Shown here one piece after another: positions 29,660 through 36,077 of a stretch of DNA of 36,077 nucleotides (positions within the stretch are counted from its first letter, which is position 1; every line of letters begins with the position of its first letter). The notes under the pieces are model-generated. The model was not told where the DNA came from, did no database searches, and worked only from the letters and a program-made list of their open reading frames with translations. This DNA comes from Zoogloeaceae bacterium (GTDB lineage: Bacteria > Pseudomonadota > Gammaproteobacteria > Burkholderiales > Rhodocyclaceae). The stretch covers positions 1 through 36,077 of the forward strand of contig JAEUNS010000053.1 of assembly GCA_016790005.1 (NCBI GenBank). Reading direction: 5' to 3'. Position numbers and translations under genes: made by a program.

Positions 29660-30535
29660 ATGTCCGTCAAACACCCCGTCATCGCGGTCACCGGCTCATC
29701 CGGCGCAGGCACGACCACCGTAAAACACACTTTTGAGGCGATTTTTCATCGCGAGGGCGTAGAAGCTGCCATCGTCGAAGGCGACAGTTTTCATCGCTAC
29801 ACCCGCGACGAGATGAAGAAGCGTATCGCCGAGGCCGAGTCCTTGCACGGCCCGGGTGTGAGTCACTTCGGCCCCGAGGCGAATCTGCTCGATGAGCTCG
29901 AAGGGCTCTTCCGGCGCTACGGCGAGTCGGCAGTCGGACGGCGCAGGCTGTACATCCATGACGAAGCCCAGTCGATGCACTGGGGCTTGCCCATGGGCAC
30001 CTTCACCCAGTGGGAGGATCTGCCTGTCGGCACCGACTGCCTGTTCTACGAGGGGCTTCATGGCGGGGTCGTCACCGACACGATCGACATTGCCCGTCAT
30101 GTCGATCTCCTGATCGGCGTTGCACCGACGATCAATCTCGAATGGATCCAGAAACTGCATCGCGACACCCGGGTGCGCGGTTACTCAATGGAGGCCGTTC
30201 AGGACACGATCCTGCGACGGATGCACGACTACGTTCACTTCATCGTTCCGCAGTTTGCCCGCACCCACATCAATTTCCAGCGGGTGCCGATCGTAGACAC
30301 CTCGAACCCGTTCATCGCCCGCGACGTGCCCTCCCTGGCCGAGTCGATGGTGGTGATACGCTTCAGGGATCCGCGCGGGGTCGACTTCCCTTACCTGATC
30401 AGCATGATCCACGATTCGTTCATGTCGCGTGCCAACACCATCGTGATCCCGGGCGGCAAGCTCGACCTGGCGATGCAGCTTATCCTCACCCCGCTGATCT
30501 GGCGCCTGATGGAAAAACGCAGGCGCGTGGTCTGA
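29660..30535 (+). CDS. prk: Phosphoribulokinase (PrkB/CbbP type)
   Basis: Collinear by eye with E. coli PrkB: MS.KHPVIAVTGSSGAGTTT, EGDSFHRYTR, FYEGLHGG, NLEWIQK, FQRVP.VDTSNPF. GGAGG Shine-Dalgarno. Confidence 0.93.
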   Translation: MSVKHPVIAVTGSSGAGTTTVKHTFEAIFHREGVEAAIVEGDSFHRYTRDEMKKRIAEAESLHGPGVSHFGPEANLLDELEGLFRRYGESAVGRRRLYIHDEAQSMHWGLPMGTFTQWEDLPVGTDCLFYEGLHGGVVTDTIDIARHVDLLIGVAPTINLEWIQKLHRDTRVRGYSMEAVQDTILRRMHDYVHFIVPQFARTHINFQRVPIVDTSNPFIARDVPSLAESMVVIRFRDPRGVDFPYLISMIHDSFMSRANTIVIPGGKLDLAMQLILTPLIWRLMEKRRRVV

Positions 30536-30670
30536 GCCCGACAAGGGCAGGCCGACCGTGCCGGACCTCGCCTGCAGCGTTTGACGTGGATGTCGCTCCG
30601 GCGACTTATCGAAACGAATAACGAAAAGTGATGGCGCTGCGGCCCCGCGCCTAGCCGCTGAATAGGGTTT

Positions 30671-30685
30671 TCGGCGATAATCCCG
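30671..30685 (+). promoter_or_regulatory. 15-nt motif TCGGCGATAATCCCG upstream of tkt (possible -10 GATAAT)
   Basis: Exact second copy of the motif at 19113-19127. Lies 28-42 nt before ATG 30713. Confidence 0.25.
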
Positions 30686-30712
30686 CTTTATTTCCGCAGC
30701 CGGCCCAGAACC

Positions 30713-32728
30713 ATGCACTCGACCCGCAATGTCAAGCCCCCCATGTTCAATCCGCTCACCGGCGCCATTCGCGCACTTGCGATGGACGCGGTACAAAAAG
30801 CAAAATCCGGGCACCCAGGCGCCCCGATGGGTATGGCGGAAATCGCCGAAGTGCTGTGGCGGCATCACCTCAAACACAACCCGGCCAACCCGAAGTGGGC
30901 AGATCGCGACCGCTTCGTGCTGTCCAACGGCCATGGCTCGATGCTGCTCTACGCGCTGCTGCACCTCAGCGGCTACGATCTGCCGATCGAGGAGCTCAAG
31001 CGCTTCCGCCAACTCCACAGCAAGACCCCCGGACACCCCGAGTACGGCTACGCCCCCGGCATAGAGACCACCACCGGACCACTCGGCCAGGGCATCACCA
31101 ATGCGGTGGGCATGGCGCTGGCGGAGAAGATCCTCGCCGACAGCTTCAACCGCCCCGGTCATGCCATCGTCGATCACCACACCTGGGTGTTCCTCGGCGA
31201 CGGATGCCTGATGGAAGGCATCTCGCACGAAGCCTGTTCGCTCGCCGGAACCTGGGGCCTGGGCAAGCTGATCGCCTTCTATGACGACAACAACATCTCG
31301 ATCGACGGCCATGTCGATGGCTGGTTCACCGATGACACCCCGAAGCGCTTCGAGGCCTACGGCTGGCAAGTGATCCGTGACGTGCAGGGCCACGACCCAG
31401 CCGAGATCGACGCTGCTATCCGTGCCGCGCGCGCCAACCCCGCGCAGCCGACGCTGGTCTGCTGCAAGACCGTAATCGGTGCCGGCAGCCCCAACAAGCA
31501 GGGCACGCACGACGTGCACGGCGCGCCGCTGGGCGACGCCGAAATCGCCGCGACGCGCGCCCACATCGGCTGGAACCACCCTCCGTTCGAGATTCCTGCC
31601 GACGTCTACGCTGCCTGGGATGCGCGCGAGGCCGGCGCCAAGGCCGAAGCCGACTGGAATGAGCGCTTCGGCGCCTACGCAGCCGCGTTCCCCGAGCTCG
31701 CCGCCGAATTCACCCGCCGCATGCAGGGTGATCTTCCGGCCGACTGGTCGGCCCAGGTCGAGGCTGTGATCGCCGCGATCGACGCCAAGGCCGAAACCAT
31801 CGCCACCCGCAAGGCCAGCCAGAACAGCATCGAAGCCTTCGCGCCCAAGCTGCCGGAGCTACTGGGGGGCTCGGCCGACCTTGCCGGCTCCAACCTCACT
31901 CTGTGGTCGGGCGCCAAAGGTGTAAGCCGCGAAACCGGCGGCAATTATGTGTATTACGGTGTGCGCGAGTTCGGCATGTGCGCGATCGCCAACGGTGCGG
32001 CATTGCATGGCGGATTGGTTCCCTACACCGCGACCTTCCTGATGTTCAGCGAATACGCGCGCAATTCCCTGCGCATGGCCGCACTGATGAAGTTGCGCCA
32101 GATCTTCGTGTTCACCCATGACTCGATCGGCTTGGGCGAAGACGGCCCGACCCACCAGCCGGTCGAGCAGACCGCCACCCTGCGCCTGATCCCCAACATG
32201 GATGTGTGGCGCCCCTGCGATACGGTGGAATCCGCCGTGGCCTGGGCGCACGCGATCGAGCGCAAGGACGGCCCGAGCAGCCTGTGCTTCTCGCGTCAGA
32301 ACCTGCCCTTCCAGGTACGCAGTGCCGAACAGGTGGCGGCGATCCGCCGCGGCGGCTACGTGCTATCCGAAGCCGCAGGTGGAAGCCCGCGGGCCGTGAT
32401 TCTCGCCACGGGTTCGGAAGTGGCTCTGGCCACAGCCGCGCAGAAGACGCTGGCGGAAGCTGGCATTCCCGTGCGCGTGGTGTCCATGCCATCGACCAAC
32501 GTCTTCGACCGCCAGGACTCGGCCTATAAGGCCACCGTGCTGCCAGCCGGCCTTCCGCGCGTCGCGGTCGAGGCCGGCGTCACCGATGGCTGGCGCAAGT
32601 ATGTCGGGCTGGAAGGTGCGGTGATCGGCATCGATCGCTTCGGCGAATCCGCCCCGGCCGGCGAGCTGTTCGAGTATTTCGGTATCACCGAAAAGGCAGT
32701 GGTCGATGCGGTCAAGTGCGTTCTCTGA
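30713..32728 (+). CDS. tkt: Transketolase
   Basis: [61 protein letters not shown]. The alternative start ATG 30743 aligns better with the E. coli TktA N-terminus. Confidence 0.95.
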   Translation: MHSTRNVKPPMFNPLTGAIRALAMDAVQKAKSGHPGAPMGMAEIAEVLWRHHLKHNPANPKWADRDRFVLSNGHGSMLLYALLHLSGYDLPIEELKRFRQLHSKTPGHPEYGYAPGIETTTGPLGQGITNAVGMALAEKILADSFNRPGHAIVDHHTWVFLGDGCLMEGISHEACSLAGTWGLGKLIAFYDDNNISIDGHVDGWFTDDTPKRFEAYGWQVIRDVQGHDPAEIDAAIRAARANPAQPTLVCCKTVIGAGSPNKQGTHDVHGAPLGDAEIAATRAHIGWNHPPFEIPADVYAAWDAREAGAKAEADWNERFGAYAAAFPELAAEFTRRMQGDLPADWSAQVEAVIAAIDAKAETIATRKASQNSIEAFAPKLPELLGGSADLAGSNLTLWSGAKGVSRETGGNYVYYGVREFGMCAIANGAALHGGLVPYTATFLMFSEYARNSLRMAALMKLRQIFVFTHDSIGLGEDGPTHQPVEQTATLRLIPNMDVWRPCDTVESAVAWAHAIERKDGPSSLCFSRQNLPFQVRSAEQVAAIRRGGYVLSEAAGGSPRAVILATGSEVALATAAQKTLAEAGIPVRVVSMPSTNVFDRQDSAYKATVLPAGLPRVAVEAGVTDGWRKYVGLEGAVIGIDRFGESAPAGELFEYFGITEKAVVDAVKCVL

Positions 32729-32777
32729 GCCAGACCGACGACACCCGGATCCAGATTCGTAGAGAGGAGAAAACCCA

Positions 32778-33806
32778 ATGTCCATCAAGGTTGCGATCAA
32801 CGGCTTCGGCCGCATCGGGCGCTGCACCCTGCGCGCCATTTATGAACAGGGCTTGCAGAACGAGTTCGAAGTCGTCGCCATCAACGCCTCCGGCGACCTG
32901 GCGACCAACGCCCACCTGCTGAGGTACGACACCACCCACGGGCGCTTCGCCACCCCGGTCGAGACCGACGGCGAGAACGTGATCATCATCGATGGCAAGC
33001 GGATCCCGTTTTATTCCACTAAGGATCCTAAAGGCGTCAACTGGGGTAGCCACGGCGTTGACGTGCTGCTCGAATGCACCGGCGCCTACACCACCAAGGC
33101 CAAGGCGGTTGCACTGCTCGAGCAGGGTGCCAACCGGGTGCTGATCTCCGCCCCGGGTGGTGACGACGTCGATGCCACCATAGTAATGGGTGTCAATGAA
33201 GACGTGCTGAAGGCTGCGCACACCGTGGTGTCCAACGCCTCCTGCACCACCAACTGCCTGGCCCCGGTCGCCAAGGTGCTGGCCGACAACGTCGGCATCA
33301 AGCAGGGACTGATGACGACCATCCACGCCTACACCAACGACCAGGTCACGGTGGATGTGCGCCACAAGGACCTGCGCCGCGCGCGCGCCGCCGCAGCCAA
33401 CATCATCCCGACCAAGACCGGTGCCGCCAAGGCCGTAGGCCTGGTGCTGCCGCAACTGGTGGGCAAGGTCGATGGCTTCGCGCTGCGCGTGCCAACCATC
33501 AACGTATCGCTGGTTGACCTCACCTTCACCGCCGAACGCGCCACCACCAAGGAAGAGATCAACTCTTTGATGACCGCCGCCGCCAACGGCCCGCTGAAGG
33601 GCATCCTGGCGGTGAACAACGAGCCGCTGGTGTCGTCCGACTTCAACCACACCACCGTCTCCTCCACCTTTGACGCGACCCAGACCCGCGTCATCAAGAG
33701 TGAGGACGGCTCGGTGCTGGTGAAGGTGCTGGCGTGGTACGACAACGAGTGGGGCTATTCCTGCCGCATGCTCGACGCTGCCCGCGCCTTTGTGAACGCA
33801 CGCTGA
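32778..33806 (+). CDS. gap: Glyceraldehyde-3-phosphate dehydrogenase, type I
   Basis: [12 protein letters not shown]-binding motif, catalytic [21 protein letters not shown]. Strong GAGGAG Shine-Dalgarno. Confidence 0.95.
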   Translation: MSIKVAINGFGRIGRCTLRAIYEQGLQNEFEVVAINASGDLATNAHLLRYDTTHGRFATPVETDGENVIIIDGKRIPFYSTKDPKGVNWGSHGVDVLLECTGAYTTKAKAVALLEQGANRVLISAPGGDDVDATIVMGVNEDVLKAAHTVVSNASCTTNCLAPVAKVLADNVGIKQGLMTTIHAYTNDQVTVDVRHKDLRRARAAAANIIPTKTGAAKAVGLVLPQLVGKVDGFALRVPTINVSLVDLTFTAERATTKEEINSLMTAAANGPLKGILAVNNEPLVSSDFNHTTVSSTFDATQTRVIKSEDGSVLVKVLAWYDNEWGYSCRMLDAARAFVNAR

Positions 33807-33819
33807 AACCTGCACAATC

Positions 33820-33849
33820 CCCGTGCCATGCCACGCATGGCACGGGTTT
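33820..33849 (+). terminator. Perfect 12-bp hairpin plus TTT between gap and epd (intra-operon terminator or attenuator)
   Basis: CCCGTGCCATGC (33820-33831), loop CAC, GCATGGCACGGG (33835-33846), then TTT. Lies 14 nt after the gap stop. Confidence 0.5.
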
Positions 33850-33890
33850 CCACGCCCGATGGCCAAAACCCCACGAGAATCCGGACCCGC

Positions 33891-34943
33891 ATGAGCCTGC
33901 GCCTTGCCATCAACGGCTACGGCCGCATCGGACGCAGTTTCCTGCGTGCTTTGCATGCATCCCCATTTCGCGAACGCTTCCGCGTGGTCGCGATCAATGA
34001 ACCGGCCGATCTTGCCAGCATCGCCTATCTGACCCGCTTCGACTCGACCCACGGGCGCTTTCCCGGAACGGTCGAAACCACTCCGACTGGCCTGATGGTC
34101 GACGGCTGGCCGATCACGGTCAGTCACGCGCAAACGCCGGAAGAGGTCGACTGGCGCACGCTCGACATCGACGTGCTGGTGGAATGCTCGGGTCGCTATG
34201 GCGATCGTGATGATCTCACGCGCTTTCTCGATGCCGGCTGCCGACGGGTGTTGCTCTCCCACCCCGGCAACAGCGCCAGCGATGTCGACGCGACCGTGGT
34301 GTACGGCATCAACCATGATCGCCTCGACGGGCACGAGCGCATCGTGTCGAATGCCTCCTGCACCACCAACGCCGCCGTACCAGTGCTGGCGCTGCTCGAC
34401 CAGGCCTTCGGTATCGAGCATGTGCTGCTCACGACCCTGCACTCGGTCATGAACGATCAACCCCTGATCGACGGTTACCACCATACCGATCTGCGCCGGA
34501 CCCGCTCGGCGATGCAGTCGATCATTCCGGTTTCGACCGGACTCGCGCGTGGTGTCGAACGCCTGCTGCCGCAACTGGCCGGCAAGGTCGAAGCCAAGGC
34601 GATCAGGGTGCCGACCCTCAACGTTTCCGCCATCGATCTGGTGCTGACCACCCGTGAAGCCATCGATGTCACCGCAGTCAATACCTTGCTGCGCAAAGCT
34701 GCGCGAGAGTCGTTTGCGCGTCTGATCGCCTACACCGACGACCCGCATGCGTCGATCGATTTCAATCATGATCCCCATTCGGCCATCGTCGACGGCAGCC
34801 AGACCCGCGCCAGCGGTACCCGCCTGATGAGTCTGCTGCTGTGGTTCGACAACGAATGGGGCTTCGCCAACCGGCTGGTGGACGCGCTCGAGCATTGGCA
34901 GACCCGCTGGCCTGCACCCGCTTTCCGAACACCCGAAATCTAG
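33891..34943 (+). CDS. epd: Erythrose-4-phosphate dehydrogenase-like GAPDH paralogue
   Basis: Shares blocks seen in E. coli Epd: [54 protein letters not shown]. Start trimmed to ATG 33891 ([15 protein letters not shown]). Confidence 0.85.
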   Translation: MSLRLAINGYGRIGRSFLRALHASPFRERFRVVAINEPADLASIAYLTRFDSTHGRFPGTVETTPTGLMVDGWPITVSHAQTPEEVDWRTLDIDVLVECSGRYGDRDDLTRFLDAGCRRVLLSHPGNSASDVDATVVYGINHDRLDGHERIVSNASCTTNAAVPVLALLDQAFGIEHVLLTTLHSVMNDQPLIDGYHHTDLRRTRSAMQSIIPVSTGLARGVERLLPQLAGKVEAKAIRVPTLNVSAIDLVLTTREAIDVTAVNTLLRKAARESFARLIAYTDDPHASIDFNHDPHSAIVDGSQTRASGTRLMSLLLWFDNEWGFANRLVDALEHWQTRWPAPAFRTPEI

Positions 34944-34968
34944 TCACTTACCTCTGGATGAACCACCC

Positions 34969-36077
34969 ATGAACGTGCTCAAGCTAACCGACCTGGATGT
35001 CGCCGGCAAACGTGTATTCATTCGTGCCGACCTCAACGTTCCGCAGGACGAGGCCGGAAACATCACCGAAGACACCCGCATCAAGGCGTCGCTGCCGTCC
35101 ATTCAGTACTGCCTCGACCATGGCGCTGCGGTGATGGTGACCTCGCACCTGGGACGCCCGACCGAAGGCGAGGTCGGCCCGGACGATACGCTTGCGCCGG
35201 TCGCCGTGCGGCTCGGGCAATTGCTGCACAAGCCGGTGCGCCTGATCCAGAACTGGGTTGAGGGCGGATTCGAGCTTAAGCCTGGTGAAGTGGTGCTGCT
35301 CGAGAACTGTCGCTGCAACAAGGGCGAGAAAAAGAACAACGAAGAGCTCGCCAGAAAAATGGCCGCCCTATGCGACATTTATGTGAATGACGCGTTCGGC
35401 ACCGCCCACCGCGCGGAGGCCACCACCCATGGCATCGCCCGTTTCGCACCGGTCGCCTGCGCCGGGATGTTGATGGGCGCCGAGATCGACGCCCTCGGCC
35501 AGGCACTGCACAGCCCGAAGCGCCCGCTGGTCGCGATCGTCGGCGGTTCCAAGGTTTCGAGCAAGCTCACCATACTGAAATCGCTGGCCGACAAGGTTGA
35601 TCAACTCATCGTCGGTGGCGGCATCGCCAACACCTTCCTGCTCGCATCGGGCAAGCGCATCGGCGACTCGCTGGCCGAGCCCGATCTGGTGAAGGAAGCG
35701 CATGCGATCATGGACATCATGAAGGCGCGCGGCGCCGAGGTACCGCTGCCCACCGACGTGGTGGTTGCGGACGAAGTCTCGGCGCTCGCCCGGGCAAACA
35801 AAATTTCGGTGGATGATGTCGCCGCCCATGACCGGATTCTCGACGTCGGCCCCAGAACCGCCGCAAGACTCTCGGAGATCATCGCCAATGCGGGCACGAT
35901 CGTGTGGAATGGTCCGGTCGGCGTGTTCGAGCTACCCCAGTTCGCTGGCGGCACGAAGATGATGGCCTCGGCCATCGCCCATTCCGAGGCATTCTCGATC
36001 GCCGGCGGTGGCGACACGCTGGCAGCAATCGCCAAGTTTCACATCGCTGACGATGTAGGCTACATCTCGACCGGCGG
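34969..36077 (+). CDS. pgk: Phosphoglycerate kinase, 3' end outside window
   Basis: Not in the supplied ORF track (no stop before the window end). My translation from ATG 34969 gives [68 protein letters not shown], the classical Pgk N-terminus. Confidence 0.93.
   Translation, partial: MNVLKLTDLDVAGKRVFIRADLNVPQDEAGNITEDTRIKASLPSIQYCLDHGAAVMVTSHLGRPTEGEVGPDDTLAPVAVRLGQLLHKPVRLIQNWVEGGFELKPGEVVLLENCRCNKGEKKNNEELARKMAALCDIYVNDAFGTAHRAEATTHGIARFAPVACAGMLMGAEIDALGQALHSPKRPLVAIVGGSKVSSKLTILKSLADKVDQLIVGGGIANTFLLASGKRIGDSLAEPDLVKEAHAIMDIMKARGAEVPLPTDVVVADEVSALARANKISVDDVAAHDRILDVGPRTAARLSEIIANAGTIVWNGPVGVFELPQFAGGTKMMASAIAHSEAFSIAGGGDTLAAIAKFHIADDVGYISTG

Noticed and set aside
32712-34895. 727-aa ORF on the minus strand spanning gap, the spacer and epd. 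Similar long antisense ORFs occur at 5712-7208, 7359-8615, 15424-16506, 24795-26213 and 30185-31579.
   Set aside because: Each lies exactly opposite a confidently identified housekeeping gene. The translations are Arg/Gly/Ala/His-rich with no motifs. They are the usual stop-poor shadow frames of a GC-rich genome. I see no independent start signals.

Overview
High-GC (about 65%) chromosomal segment. Gene content and order look like a betaproteobacterium, possibly Rhodocyclales (Thauera/Azoarcus-like); this is a guess from synteny and composition only. The window is almost entirely core housekeeping genes, densely packed. I see no tRNA, rRNA, CRISPR array, transposase, integrase or recognisable defence genes. 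From left to right: TRAP permease 3' end, histidine phosphatase, glyA, nrdR-ribD; then the minus-strand string gpmA-envC-ctpA-hypothetical-moeB; divergent from it arsR-like, yibN-like rhodanese, grxC, secB, SH3 protein, gpsA; then trmL, comF, bioC-like, HAD nucleotidase, hemB, engB, cytochrome c4, a diiron ferritin-like protein, moeA, rpiA, phoU. Next comes the minus-strand string rsmE, pap (PPK2), argA, GGDEF cyclase, yggX, hypothetical. The window ends with IMPase-family gene, small ORF, prk, tkt, gap, epd and pgk (3' end truncated; this ORF is missing from the supplied track because it runs off the window). I cannot support a clearly novel multi-gene system here. The best leads are: (1) a structured engB-hemB spacer with a canonical intrinsic terminator on the strand antisense to both genes (candidate sRNA or antisense RNA); (2) a PAS-PAS-GGDEF cyclase overlapping argA by ATGA and sitting 3 nt from yggX; (3) an ArsR-type, possibly persulfide-sensing, regulator placed ahead of the conserved rhodanese-grxC-secB-gpsA operon; (4) three uncharacterised proteins (149 aa, 190 aa, 267 aa diiron-like); (5) a cbb-operon-like gene order (prk-tkt-gap-pgk) with no RuBisCO in the window, and a gap/epd tandem split by a perfect 12-bp hairpin. 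All product calls come from reading the translations by eye; no database search was run.
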